Positions 9,127-19,185 of a DNA stretch of 64,000 nt are shown here, piece by piece; position 1 is the first letter of the stretch, and each line of letters begins with the position of its first letter. The translations under genes and the position numbers were made by a program. The stretch comes from an uncultured virus (IMG/VR IMGVR_UViG_3300034108_002091) (lineage: Duplodnaviria; Heunggongvirae; Uroviricota; Caudoviricetes). The stretch lies in IMG/VR virus record IMGVR_UViG_3300034108_002091; one strand, written 5' to 3'. Under the pieces are notes generated by a model that saw only the letters and a list, made by a program, of their open reading frames with translations, made no database searches and had not been told where the DNA came from.

Positions 9127-11742
9127 ATGCAGTATTCTCCAAATATTAGCCTGCCGGCACAAATGATCCCCTTATCCAGAAAAACGGAGAAGTGGAAAAT
9201 CAAAAATGTTGACCGCCTGCATGAGATCGGTAAATCCCAGATTCGAGAGAAGTTTCATATGTATGAGAACTACCAGATTATCAACGGTAAGTTTTTCATG
9301 CATCACTACACAGATGACGAACAGTACCGGGATATGCTGTTTGCCCTTCAGCAAGAGTTTAACGTTCCAAAGCATCTTCGCCACTACGATATCATAGGCA
9401 AGGTTGTGAAAATCATGGTCGGTGAGTATACAAAGCGACCTGACTTATTCCGGGCTCAGGCCATGGACGAAGCCGCCTCCAATAATTTCGTTCGCGAAAA
9501 GTCCAGGCTCTTGCTTCGGTACGTGATGGAAGAAATCAACGCGGACATTGACAAGCAGCTGTTTGAAATGGGGCTGGATCCCAACCTCGATAATTTTGAA
9601 ACTGAGGAAGAAGCGCAGGCATATTACGAAGAGATAGATGCCCGCCGAAAAGAAATGACACCAGAGGCTGTACAAAAGTACATGCTAACCGATTGGATGG
9701 ATGCTGCAGAGATATGGGCAAACAACCGGTTACGTGCCAACAGCCACCAGCAGCGCCGCCGGGAAAAAAGCAGGGTTGAATTTCAGGATATGCTGACGGT
9801 AAGTGAGTGCTTCCGTCACTTTTATCTTCGCGGCGACACTTATGGATATGAAACCTGGAACCCGGTAAATACCTTTTACCATATCGATGAAGAAACCGAA
9901 TGGGTACAGGACGGTGACTATGTAGGACGGGTTATGTGGTTGTCCGGGGGAAACATCATTGATCGTTATGGTCGCAAGCTTTCCGATGATGATATCAAAC
10001 GGCTGGATGCTGACGAAGATAACCATACCACTGGCCGTCCGGAAGGCCGTACTTTCTTTCCGGAAGCATATACCGTTCCTTACGAGGGATATGAGGATAA
10101 GCAGCGGCTCAAAGATCTGGCCGGCATCGATCCTGATATTCCGGTTATTGAGGATCACCATTTTAACGACGGTCCGTATACCCTTCATCATGATGGGTTG
10201 TTTGAAGTCTGTGAAGGCTATTGGAAATCCTTCCGGAAGATAGGCCTACTGACCTATGAAGAAAATGACCTGCAGAAACAAACCTGGGTGGACGAAACCT
10301 TTGTTGTTCCCGATTGGATCCGCGAGGTAAAAGCGGACGATATCGATTTTGAAGTAGATCTCGGCAACACCATCATTTGGACCTACGTTCCGGATGTCAT
10401 GGCATTTGTGAAAATCTGCCCCAGGGATTCCCAGGACAAAAATATCTACATCGTAGACCGGGCTGATTTTCAATTCAAGGGCGATAGTAAAGTGTACGGT
10501 TCTCAGCTGGCAGTATGCGGCCGCCGGGTCAATGGTCGCAACTCAAAACCCATGAGTATCGTTGACCTGATGAAGCCTGACCAAATCGGTCATAATGTGG
10601 CGATGAACCAGTGCTACGAAGTTATGCAGCGGGAAGTTGGTCGGTTTATGCTCTTTGATCCAAACTTCATTCCCTTGTGGAAGGATTGGGCCGGTCCCCG
10701 AGGATTTGAGAAGGTAATGATGCTAGCCAAATCTCTTGGCGCCGCGCCGGTAGATAGTTCTGCCGCGGCCAAAAAAGGAGCATCATTTGCCAACTGGCAG
10801 ATGATTGATCTGGACGAAAGTGCACGTATGCTCTCCAGGATTAAAATTGCCGATTTTTACGAACAAAAAGCGCTATCCCGCGTAGGTTTTACTCCCCAGC
10901 GGCTGGGAAGCACACAGGCTTCAGAAAGTGCTACCGGTATTGAAACCGCTACCAACCAGTCCTATGCTTCTACCGAAAGCTGGTTCACCATGTTTTCTGA
11001 GTATGAGCAGCGCTGCCTGACGATGGAACTGCAGCTGGCTCAGTTTGTAGAGTCCAAATATGAGGATAGCTATGTCCATTATACAGAAAGCGACATGAGC
11101 CGGGCGTTCATCAAATTTGCTGGTACAGATTTGCTGCTCGCTGAAATGGGTGTATTTGTGCACAACAGCCAGGAACTGGTGCGCATGCTGGAAACCGCCC
11201 GACAGCTGGGCATCCAGAATCCGAATACTGGTGCCACCATGGATGATCTCTGGACACTCATTAGTTCCAACTCCCCTGCCGAGATTAAGAATCAACTCAA
11301 GGCCAGCGCGGAAAAACTGCAGAACCAACAGGCTGAAAAGAACCAGATCGAGCAACAGCGTATCCAGGCCGAGGTTCAGAAGCATGATAAGGAACTGGCA
11401 CAGGAATTTCAAATCGCCACGCTTAAAATGGACAACGAACTGGAAAAAGCCTACATCCAGAACTTCGGTTACAACCAGAACAATACCCTGGACAGCGATG
11501 CCAACGGTATTCCGGATGCGCTGGAATACGACAAGCTATCTCAGAAAGCATCGGCGGAAGCGGGTAAGAACAATCTGGCCATTCGCAAACAGGCGCACCT
11601 TGAACGGGAAAGCCGGACCAAAAATGAAATCGATAAGGCCAAGCTTCGCATGGAAGATAAAAAGCTTCAATCTGCCGAACGTATCGCTAAAATGAATAAG
11701 AACAAATACGATTCCAAGGCAAAACCGAAGAAAAAGAAATAA
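9127..11742 (+). CDS. Portal protein
   Basis: 871 aa directly after terL. crAss-type N-terminus 'LPAQMIPLSRK..W', 'TPQRLG' motif and a coiled-coil C-terminus. Confidence 0.88.
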   Translation: MQYSPNISLPAQMIPLSRKTEKWKIKNVDRLHEIGKSQIREKFHMYENYQIINGKFFMHHYTDDEQYRDMLFALQQEFNVPKHLRHYDIIGKVVKIMVGEYTKRPDLFRAQAMDEAASNNFVREKSRLLLRYVMEEINADIDKQLFEMGLDPNLDNFETEEEAQAYYEEIDARRKEMTPEAVQKYMLTDWMDAAEIWANNRLRANSHQQRRREKSRVEFQDMLTVSECFRHFYLRGDTYGYETWNPVNTFYHIDEETEWVQDGDYVGRVMWLSGGNIIDRYGRKLSDDDIKRLDADEDNHTTGRPEGRTFFPEAYTVPYEGYEDKQRLKDLAGIDPDIPVIEDHHFNDGPYTLHHDGLFEVCEGYWKSFRKIGLLTYEENDLQKQTWVDETFVVPDWIREVKADDIDFEVDLGNTIIWTYVPDVMAFVKICPRDSQDKNIYIVDRADFQFKGDSKVYGSQLAVCGRRVNGRNSKPMSIVDLMKPDQIGHNVAMNQCYEVMQREVGRFMLFDPNFIPLWKDWAGPRGFEKVMMLAKSLGAAPVDSSAAAKKGASFANWQMIDLDESARMLSRIKIADFYEQKALSRVGFTPQRLGSTQASESATGIETATNQSYASTESWFTMFSEYEQRCLTMELQLAQFVESKYEDSYVHYTESDMSRAFIKFAGTDLLLAEMGVFVHNSQELVRMLETARQLGIQNPNTGATMDDLWTLISSNSPAEIKNQLKASAEKLQNQQAEKNQIEQQRIQAEVQKHDKELAQEFQIATLKMDNELEKAYIQNFGYNQNNTLDSDANGIPDALEYDKLSQKASAEAGKNNLAIRKQAHLERESRTKNEIDKAKLRMEDKKLQSAERIAKMNKNKYDSKAKPKKKK

Positions 11743-11775
11743 CAAATGCCATATATCACCCTTTTGATCAGGTGA

Positions 11776-11807
11776 TTTGGTGAATAATGCATTCACAGAT
11801 AAGTTTG
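11776..11807 (+). promoter_or_regulatory. Bacteroidota sigma70-type promoter (-33 TTTG, N20, -7 TAAGTTTG)
   Basis: TTTG at 11776-11779, a 20-nt spacer and TAAGTTTG at 11800-11807, upstream of the capsid operon. Confidence 0.65.
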
Positions 11808-11856
11808 TTCTATTATTAGTTTGACTAATATTCATAATCCCAAAACCAAAAACAAG

Positions 11857-13086
11857 ATGGAAAACGAGTTTGACAATCAAAATGATTTGGACTCCAATAT
11901 CATTGAAATTCCAGATGACGAGTTTGACGCCGCGTTCTCAAAGTCTCCGACCGCTGACAATCTCAAAGGAGGAAAGAAATCTACCGATACTGAGGAAGAA
12001 GAAGAGGAAGAAGAAATCGAGGAAGAAAAAGTAGCCAAGCCCGCTGCGAAAAAAGCACCGGCAAAAGCAGCTGAGAAAAAGGTAGAGAAAACCAACGAGC
12101 AGACTTCCGATGAAGAAATTGTAGACGTGCCGGACGACGAACTTGAGAACGAAACGCCCAAGAAAAAAACAAAAACGGAAAAAACTGAGAATACAGAACC
12201 TGATGATGAGTATGATCCTGAAGCACCGGAAGTAAGAGCAATCAAGGCCCACGTTGACTATTTGATTGATAACAAGATTTGGGCTGAGTTTGAAGGACGT
12301 GAAGATGTTCAGTGGACAGATGAAGTTTTTGCTCAGGTAACAGAACAGCAAGATCAGCACCGTATTCAACAAGCCGTTGCTGCAGAACTTGAAAATACAG
12401 GATACTACGGTCAATCGATCATGACGTACATCCGCAACGGCGGAAATCCTGAAAAGCTCATTGATATTTTTAAAACCCAGCAGGCCATTAAGGAGTTTGA
12501 CCTTACTACCGATGATGGCAAAAAGGAACAAATCAGAATGTACTATTCTGATGTTCTTAACTGGGATAAGGCACGCATCGACAAGCATATTACCCGTCTG
12601 GAAGTAGATGAAGAGCTGGATGAAGAATCAAAACACATTGATTCCCACTACAGCAAACAGGTGAAACAAACTGTTGAGCAGGAACAAAAACTCCAGGCTA
12701 AGCGGAAAAAAGAAGCCGATGACGCACAGGCCACATTTACGGCATCTGTTTCTGATGTAATGACAAAGCGTAAAGATCTGGACGATACCGAGAAAAAACG
12801 CCTTCTTGCGCAGTACACACAATATAAGCAGGTAGAAGGTGGTCAGGTTAACCAGATGTACCTGAATTTTCAAGAGGTCCAAAGTAACCCTGAGAGCTTT
12901 GTGCTGTTGCTTGAATTTCTGGATAACCCTAAAAAGTTCATCAAAAAGGAACAAGCAAAGGCAGTGAAAGAGGATAATGTGAAAAAGCTCAAATTCTTCC
13001 AGGCTAACAGTACTGACAATAAAACGAAATCACAAGCAAAGGTCACTCGCAAAAGTTCGGGCGATGACTTCAGCGGGTGGTCGTAA
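11857..13086 (+). CDS. Acidic structural/scaffold-like protein preceding the MCP
   Basis: Very acidic low-complexity N-terminus (poly-Glu) and helical C-terminus. Sits between portal and MCP, as in crAss-like phages. ATG at 11857 preferred over TTG at 11821. Confidence 0.75.
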   Translation: MENEFDNQNDLDSNIIEIPDDEFDAAFSKSPTADNLKGGKKSTDTEEEEEEEEIEEEKVAKPAAKKAPAKAAEKKVEKTNEQTSDEEIVDVPDDELENETPKKKTKTEKTENTEPDDEYDPEAPEVRAIKAHVDYLIDNKIWAEFEGREDVQWTDEVFAQVTEQQDQHRIQQAVAAELENTGYYGQSIMTYIRNGGNPEKLIDIFKTQQAIKEFDLTTDDGKKEQIRMYYSDVLNWDKARIDKHITRLEVDEELDEESKHIDSHYSKQVKQTVEQEQKLQAKRKKEADDAQATFTASVSDVMTKRKDLDDTEKKRLLAQYTQYKQVEGGQVNQMYLNFQEVQSNPESFVLLLEFLDNPKKFIKKEQAKAVKEDNVKKLKFFQANSTDNKTKSQAKVTRKSSGDDFSGWS

Positions 13087-13117
13087 ACAATTTCTAAATT
13101 TTAAATCCGTATCCTAA

Positions 13118-14755
13118 ATGCAACCTACACTTAAATCGTTTAATAACTCTATTGTAGTGGGTTCCAGGGCGATGAACATTGATCGGTATACCGATCTGAA
13201 CTCGCTCTACCACCTGTACAAAAGAGATAGTTTCAAGATCAACAAGGGGATGCTGGCCCTGTTCAACAGGAAAAAGCTGATGAGCACCCCTATCTTGAAC
13301 ATGACCGAACTCAACAACTCGGTAGTATATGTGAACGGACCGGAAGGTAAGTTCGGCTACCAGGTGGAGTATGAAATCGACTACCCATATTCTTTGGGTA
13401 ACGTCAACGATGTCCTCAACGTCAACCTCGGCGTAGACGGTCAAAAATTCAAGTTCAAATGTAGCGAGAACTGCTTCACAGCCACCGACATTATCACCTA
13501 CGATTATCAGGACGGCGTTACGCTGTATATTCATGATGATGAAGTAATTCCTGATGGTGACGGTTTTATCTACACAGTTTCCATTCCTCAGAAAGGAAAG
13601 CGTGGTGGTATCTTCCCGATCGAAAAGCTGAAAGCAGGTGTTCAGTTCTTCAAGATCACCAACGCCAACGGTGAGTACGACGTCAACAAATCCGGTATCA
13701 GCTACCGCACTGGCCAGATGGATCTGGAAGTGCAAATGGGTGGGCACCGTTCTGCTCAGCACTGGATCACGGGCTATGCCGACATGCTGGAAATCAACGG
13801 TGACTACGGCGAAAACGGTTATGGCAGGTTCTCTTCTATGTTGGACATGAACAAATCCAACGCGGTTCTTCTCTTTGCCGATCAGAAAAACGGCAAGGCT
13901 GACTGGGGTAATGCACGCTGGATGAAGCGTATCGAAGCGTTGCTGTGGGCAGAAATGAAGATGATGGAAGAAAATGACCTGACCTGGAACAAGGGTGGTA
14001 TCATCCAAGGTTCTGGCCGCCGGACAACCCGTGTAAACCTCGGCTTGTACGAGCAAATGAAGAACGGTAACTATTTCGAATATCCTAAGCTGACGCTGGG
14101 CCTGATCGAAAGTTCTGTTTCCCATATGTACTACAACTCAGGCGTTCCTTTTGAACAAAGGCGTACTGAAATCCAAGTGGGTACCGGTGCGATGATTGAA
14201 ATTTCCAAACTCCTGTTTGACGATTTCAAACAAGCCAACCCATTTGTGGTAAATGCCAGCGACATCAAAGGTTATCTCTATGGTACAGCAATGAACTTGG
14301 GCTATGGTCTGAGGTTCACTACCAAGCGATTCCCTGTAGCTGGTGAGATCATATTCAAACACAATCCGGCTTTTGACGCTAAGATCAACCGTACCCAAGA
14401 TCAAAAGATCGGTGAATTCCCAATCGAGTCACATACCCTGGCAATCTTCGACATCACCAACAGTTCTGTGAGCAATGCTGCTTCCAAGTGGACTGGTAAG
14501 GATGTAAAAGGTGCCGATGGCTTCAACGATGCATCCAACATCGTGCTGATCAAGCCAAAGAACTGGGGTAGCACTTATTGGGGTTACAAACTCGGTACTC
14601 ACCATCCGTTCGGACCGAACGCCACACAAGGCATGTTCAACTCTGACGATCGCGATGGTTACGGTATCTGGTTTAAGAGCTTCAGTTCTATCTGGCTGAA
14701 AGATGCTGGTAGAAGCATGTTGCTTGTTAAAAAGCGTCCCGGCTATCTCGTATAA
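13118..14755 (+). CDS. Major capsid protein
   Basis: 545 aa, position after portal/scaffold, codon usage suggesting high expression, 'GLYEQMK', 'HNPAFD' and 'IWLKD' segments, followed by a terminator. Confidence 0.88.
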   Translation: MQPTLKSFNNSIVVGSRAMNIDRYTDLNSLYHLYKRDSFKINKGMLALFNRKKLMSTPILNMTELNNSVVYVNGPEGKFGYQVEYEIDYPYSLGNVNDVLNVNLGVDGQKFKFKCSENCFTATDIITYDYQDGVTLYIHDDEVIPDGDGFIYTVSIPQKGKRGGIFPIEKLKAGVQFFKITNANGEYDVNKSGISYRTGQMDLEVQMGGHRSAQHWITGYADMLEINGDYGENGYGRFSSMLDMNKSNAVLLFADQKNGKADWGNARWMKRIEALLWAEMKMMEENDLTWNKGGIIQGSGRRTTRVNLGLYEQMKNGNYFEYPKLTLGLIESSVSHMYYNSGVPFEQRRTEIQVGTGAMIEISKLLFDDFKQANPFVVNASDIKGYLYGTAMNLGYGLRFTTKRFPVAGEIIFKHNPAFDAKINRTQDQKIGEFPIESHTLAIFDITNSSVSNAASKWTGKDVKGADGFNDASNIVLIKPKNWGSTYWGYKLGTHHPFGPNATQGMFNSDDRDGYGIWFKSFSSIWLKDAGRSMLLVKKRPGYLV

Positions 14756-14760
14756 CTAGC

Positions 14761-14790
14761 AAAGCCCGGCCGCAGGGTCGGGCTTTCTTT
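14761..14790 (+). terminator. Rho-independent terminator after MCP
   Basis: AAAGCCCGGCC-GCAG-GGTCGGGCTTT hairpin followed by CTTT. Confidence 0.75.
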
Positions 14791-14816
14791 CACTTATAAA
14801 CCAAAAACCAAAAATC

Positions 14817-15710
14817 GTGAAAATCAAACAAATTCCAGACGCTGCTGCTGAAGCGGTAGGTCTAGCCAAATATGGCAGGAGTAAAATCCCAGGAACAAAA
14901 CACATTGTAATGGCAGGCCAGGGTCCTGATGGTCGGTGGGTGACAGGTATTGATGAAAATTCGCTGTCTGTCCGCAACATCACGGATGCTGATAAAAAGA
15001 AAAAAGAAATTGCCCGGTTAAAAAAGTTACGAGAGGAACTTGAAAACGCTACGGGTCACAACCTCTCTTCGGATGCCAAAAACGAGTTTTGGACTGAGTT
15101 TTTGATTGACTTAACGGCTATGTCGCATGTCAACATGAACAATCCGCTTGACAAGCTTGCAGTTCTGGTAGCAGTGGCAAATGGAGATTTAGCTCCAGAT
15201 ACAGCATCAGCCAATACAGCCAAGTATCTGAATGCCAAGTTTTACATTTTCGATGAAGATGTAGAGTCTGACAATAAGATGACGAAGATTGAAATGAGGG
15301 ATAAGGCCAAGTATCTGCTGGTGCCGCTAAAGGCCAAAACAGATCACCTGCGTATGCTTGCCCGGTATTTGATGCCTGGTAAGATCCAGTCAGACCTCAG
15401 CACAAACACGCTGTACATTCTTCTGTCCGAGTTTATTGAAACCGAGACAAGGGATAAAAAAGTGACCAATGCTGAGAAATTTGTAGATGCCGCAGAGCTT
15501 CCAAAAGAAGAACTGTATGTGAAAGTGATTGTGGACAGTGCGATTGAGAAGAAGCTGATCACTTACCAAAAAGGTCTTTATCAACGAGGCAATATTACCT
15601 ACGGCAAGGAACCATCGGAAGTGCTTGAGTTCTTCCAGGATCCTGAAAATGCCGGTGAATTGCACTCTATTAAAAAAGAACTGGAAACAGATTTTGCATT
15701 TAGCCTGTGA
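14817..15710 (+). CDS. Conserved-position hypothetical head-region protein
   Basis: 297 aa, GTG start, immediately after the MCP terminator. Confidence 0.65.
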   Translation: MKIKQIPDAAAEAVGLAKYGRSKIPGTKHIVMAGQGPDGRWVTGIDENSLSVRNITDADKKKKEIARLKKLREELENATGHNLSSDAKNEFWTEFLIDLTAMSHVNMNNPLDKLAVLVAVANGDLAPDTASANTAKYLNAKFYIFDEDVESDNKMTKIEMRDKAKYLLVPLKAKTDHLRMLARYLMPGKIQSDLSTNTLYILLSEFIETETRDKKVTNAEKFVDAAELPKEELYVKVIVDSAIEKKLITYQKGLYQRGNITYGKEPSEVLEFFQDPENAGELHSIKKELETDFAFSL

Positions 15711-16384
15711 CAAGTAAAGAATTATATAAGCTCTTTCTCATTGATTACAACAAACTCGATCGAAACAGCGAGGTTGAAGTAAGTAAGGCTGATTTTGTGA
15801 TGATGTTCAATCGTGAACAGCGAGCCTTTATCGAAGAAACGGTACCGCCCCATAACAGCGGCCAGGAGATTCAGGATCTGCGGGACATTATGGTGCCGTA
15901 TGAAAAACTGAAAAGCGTTCAGATAAAATCATTCTACACTGAATTTACGCTTCCGGAAACGTTTTTTCGATCGATTAATTCCTATTCGATCTGCGAAAAG
16001 GACAGTTGTAAGAATATTCCTGTGGCCAACAGTTTTAAAAACATCAAGCCTCAGGATGTGCAAGAGCTACTGAATGATCCCCGACAAGGGCCATCATTTG
16101 AATTTCAGGAAACGCTGGTAACATTTATGGGAAAGAGGATGCAGGTTTACCACAACGATTTCCAAATTAAAGAGCAGTACGTTAGCTTTTATAAGTATCC
16201 GCGGAATATCGACATCGCGGGAAGCCGAAAGGCAAATGGTGAGCTTTCAACGGATATCGACCCCGAACTCGATGTCCCCCTGTTGGAAAAAATCATTTCC
16301 CGAGTTGTAAAAACCGTATCTGGTATTTATAGCAATGCTGAGCAATTTCAGGTTAGCCAGGAAAAAATTCAGCGAGAATCTTAA
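15707..16384 (+). CDS. Putative head-tail adaptor/neck ring protein
   Basis: 'F...YNK....FNREQ..FI' start and 'YKYPR..DPEL' end resemble crAss ring/tubular proteins. Supported by synteny. Confidence 0.55.
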   Translation: MTSKELYKLFLIDYNKLDRNSEVEVSKADFVMMFNREQRAFIEETVPPHNSGQEIQDLRDIMVPYEKLKSVQIKSFYTEFTLPETFFRSINSYSICEKDSCKNIPVANSFKNIKPQDVQELLNDPRQGPSFEFQETLVTFMGKRMQVYHNDFQIKEQYVSFYKYPRNIDIAGSRKANGELSTDIDPELDVPLLEKIISRVVKTVSGIYSNAEQFQVSQEKIQRES

Positions 16385-16409
16385 ATTAAAATTTTAAACA
16401 GCATCAAAG

Positions 16410-17519
16410 ATGTCTAAACAATCATTTCATCAGACAATCGTAGCAAACGTCATTACTACACCCGCGGCAGATGCAAACACACCTGCATTGACCACTGGTC
16501 AAGTAGGCGTCTTTGAAGTGCCTTCGTACAAATCGAAGAGAGACTTCAATACCATTTCGCGCGTTCAGATATTCCAGGGAACTCCCGATTTTGAATCACC
16601 GTTGATGGGTGGCTTACCCAACTTCAACCGTCGGACGATTGAGTTCGATAAACTCAAAATCAAAAAGGCCCGACTTATTGCGCCAGTTGCCGCGCAAAGC
16701 CGAATCATAGCCATTGGTTATGACAATGCGGTCAACACTAAAACACTGAACTTGAAGTGTGGTCAGAAAAAGTATGTCACCATCACCCTTACCGGTGTTC
16801 CTATCAATCAGGAAATGGGACATATCCATGGTATCGTTCGCACCTTCCAGATTGAAGCGCCTGAGTGCGTGGACTGCCCTACCCCATCGAATCCTTGTGA
16901 TTTGGTAAATCCAGAGCCGCTGGCTAATGATTTGATTGCGCAGATCCAAAGAGATCCCATCATTGCCAAATACCTGACCCTCACTAAGAGGACCGGTGTT
17001 AATGGCAGTGGCGATACTGTTGCCGGCGTAGAGATCACCTCAGCAATCGTAAAACCCGATCGTAGCAATGTTTACCTGTTTGGTTCTTATGCATACACTG
17101 CAGATGTGGTACATGTAGAGATCAACACATGGAGCCCTGACTACAACGATTTGGTTGAGGAAGACGCTGATCAGTGGCCAGTAACATTAAAGCAAGACCT
17201 TCGTTATGCACAAGGTACTGGTGAGCAGGTTCGCGAAAAAGAAAAGCGCAGTCTTTCTTATGAATTGATGGAATACTCTTGTGATCCTGCAATTTTGGAA
17301 GCTGAAGGCTTTGAATTCAATGCGATCACAAGCAACAACTATGACGAGTATCAGTTCTCGGTTGAGCAGGATCCTATCAAAACAGAAGGATTCAATTCAG
17401 TAAAGAACGATTACATCATCAGCATCCATGTTCCTGCGGGAACTGGCCGTGGCGCTAATGAACTGGGATCGGTTCTGAGTGCCCTTGCAGTAGATGCCGG
17501 TCTGCCAGCGTTGTTCTAA
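16410..17519 (+). CDS. Virion structural protein (auxiliary capsid-like)
   Basis: 369 aa with a CxxC motif, followed by its own terminator, in the head module. Confidence 0.6.
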   Translation: MSKQSFHQTIVANVITTPAADANTPALTTGQVGVFEVPSYKSKRDFNTISRVQIFQGTPDFESPLMGGLPNFNRRTIEFDKLKIKKARLIAPVAAQSRIIAIGYDNAVNTKTLNLKCGQKKYVTITLTGVPINQEMGHIHGIVRTFQIEAPECVDCPTPSNPCDLVNPEPLANDLIAQIQRDPIIAKYLTLTKRTGVNGSGDTVAGVEITSAIVKPDRSNVYLFGSYAYTADVVHVEINTWSPDYNDLVEEDADQWPVTLKQDLRYAQGTGEQVREKEKRSLSYELMEYSCDPAILEAEGFEFNAITSNNYDEYQFSVEQDPIKTEGFNSVKNDYIISIHVPAGTGRGANELGSVLSALAVDAGLPALF

Positions 17520-17540
17520 TCCAATACCCTATAACCCAAA

Positions 17541-17573
17541 GGGCAGGTGGGAAACTGCCTGCCCTTATTTTTT
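17541..17573 (+). terminator. Rho-independent terminator
   Basis: GGGCAGGTGG-GAAA-CTGCCTGCCC followed by TTATTTTT. Confidence 0.75.
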
Positions 17574-17579
17574 ATCTCT

Positions 17580-18110
17580 ATGGCAAATAAGCTGCAGTTT
17601 GAAGTCCTTGAAAACAAGAGTGTTGAAGTACTCATACTGAATAACTTTAGTGTTCTTGAGACCCCTTTACAAAATCCAACGTGGAAAATTAAAGCTCCTG
17701 GCTTCACAGATTTTAAAAATGTAGCGCTGGACCTACTTCCCGTTCAAAACATCACTGGTTTTGACATTGACATTGTTTGTGAAGAATGTCTGGTTAATCC
17801 CCTTCCTGATGGGATATATGAAATCATTCTTCAGGAAACGGTGACCTCGGTTGTCAACAGCTTTACAAAGTATCATCTTCGGACAAATGTTTTTGCAAGC
17901 AACTATGCAGAAATTTTGATGAAGATGGAGTATTCAGAATACACCAAGACAGAAGATACGGCCTTGCTAAATTTTTGTGTTGACGTTGATATGCTTCTGC
18001 AAAGCGCTAAGGCACATGCTGAAGAAGGCAATATTCAAAAAGCAACTGAGTTATTTGCAAAGGCAAGTAAAATTCTCACTCGTATTTCAAACAATTTAAA
18101 ATCTTGCTAA
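17580..18110 (+). CDS. Hypothetical structural protein
   Basis: 'LPDGIYEI' motif. ATG at 17580, after the terminator. Confidence 0.6.
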   Translation: MANKLQFEVLENKSVEVLILNNFSVLETPLQNPTWKIKAPGFTDFKNVALDLLPVQNITGFDIDIVCEECLVNPLPDGIYEIILQETVTSVVNSFTKYHLRTNVFASNYAEILMKMEYSEYTKTEDTALLNFCVDVDMLLQSAKAHAEEGNIQKATELFAKASKILTRISNNLKSC

Positions 18111-18400
18111 TGGCTTGTGGATCATGTAATAATAAAGGGCTTTATCCGGTAAAAATTACGCAGAGCTCACCGAATTGCGATATTACTTTTGAGCAGCTTA
18201 TCGAATGGAGAGATCTCTTTCTGTACATAAAAGGTGAAAATAGAATTGCTGAAACGGGACTGGACAACAAAACATTCAATATCTACCTGGGATCTGTAGC
18301 AAGTGCTTTGTATTATACTGGCGACTACTGCGAAATATACTCCAGACTGGTAATCGTTCGTGATGTTATTCCTTCCATCAAAACAAATCTTGGATTATGA
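18110..18400 (+). CDS. Hypothetical protein (MACGSC start)
   Basis: TAATG coupling with the upstream stop codon. Confidence 0.6.
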   Translation: MACGSCNNKGLYPVKITQSSPNCDITFEQLIEWRDLFLYIKGENRIAETGLDNKTFNIYLGSVASALYYTGDYCEIYSRLVIVRDVIPSIKTNLGL

Positions 18401-18609
18401 AAACCCTTCGGCTGATCAATCTTAAAATCGAATCTTTTGGAGATCATATGTTCAATGTGCTTTCTTATGGGTTTCGATTTAATGCCAGCCGAAGTGAATT
18501 TCGTCGTACAGTACGGCTGAAAGAAATTCTCAAAACGTATCCTAACGGAATAGGCTCTTATACCGGTGAACAGGTATCAGAAGCCGTTCGCAAATTTGCT
18601 ATCAAATGA
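18397..18609 (+). CDS. Small basic hypothetical protein
   Basis: ATGA-coupled at both ends. Confidence 0.55.
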   Translation: MKTLRLINLKIESFGDHMFNVLSYGFRFNASRSEFRRTVRLKEILKTYPNGIGSYTGEQVSEAVRKFAIK

Positions 18610-19184
18610 GTGACGTTCAAACATTATGTGTCAAATACAATGGGGAAACACTCGCTGAAATTCAAGTTCAGCCAGGAGAAGATTTAAACATTGTTCTTGG
18701 TAAAATTAACAATGCGGTTAAAAACATTCTTGAAAGTCAATCCTTACAAAATTTAGACCTGCAGGATATTACTGATATCGAGGCTGTTAATATAACCCGT
18801 AATTTACTTGACCAGGTATTTATTGATCGTATTAAGGAATTGATGGATTGCTGCGAACAAGTACAGCAAGACGAACTTGAATTTCCTTCCAAGGTATTAG
18901 GTATTACCGTGGACATAAACCTACGTGAGTTAATGGGCATATACAACAGCTGTGTGCCTGCTACACCGTTGACTTTGAGAGAGTTACTTTCTCTGCTTGT
19001 ATTAGAGATTGCTACACTTAAAAAAAAAGACTTTACGCAAGATACTTGCGCTGAAGACTGTGGTATAGTACTTAGTGCCGGTGGTTCATTTGTAGAATGC
19101 TTGGCTTTACCTGATGCGGAAGGAGATTTCAATGCCTTTGACTTCTTGGACATTGACAACTACGCAACATACGAAAATCAATAG
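18606..19184 (+). CDS. Hypothetical protein (possible tail-associated)
   Basis: 192 aa, 'CVKYNGE' motif, acidic C-terminus, ATGA-coupled. Confidence 0.55.
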   Translation: MSDVQTLCVKYNGETLAEIQVQPGEDLNIVLGKINNAVKNILESQSLQNLDLQDITDIEAVNITRNLLDQVFIDRIKELMDCCEQVQQDELEFPSKVLGITVDINLRELMGIYNSCVPATPLTLRELLSLLVLEIATLKKKDFTQDTCAEDCGIVLSAGGSFVECLALPDAEGDFNAFDFLDIDNYATYENQ

Positions 19185-19185
19185 A

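Noticed and set aside
11990..12030. GAA/GAG purine repeat
   Set aside because: Simply encodes the poly-Glu tract of the acidic structural protein.
13094..14125. 343-aa minus-strand ORF
   Set aside because: Antisense shadow of the MCP arising from codon bias; no recognisable motifs.
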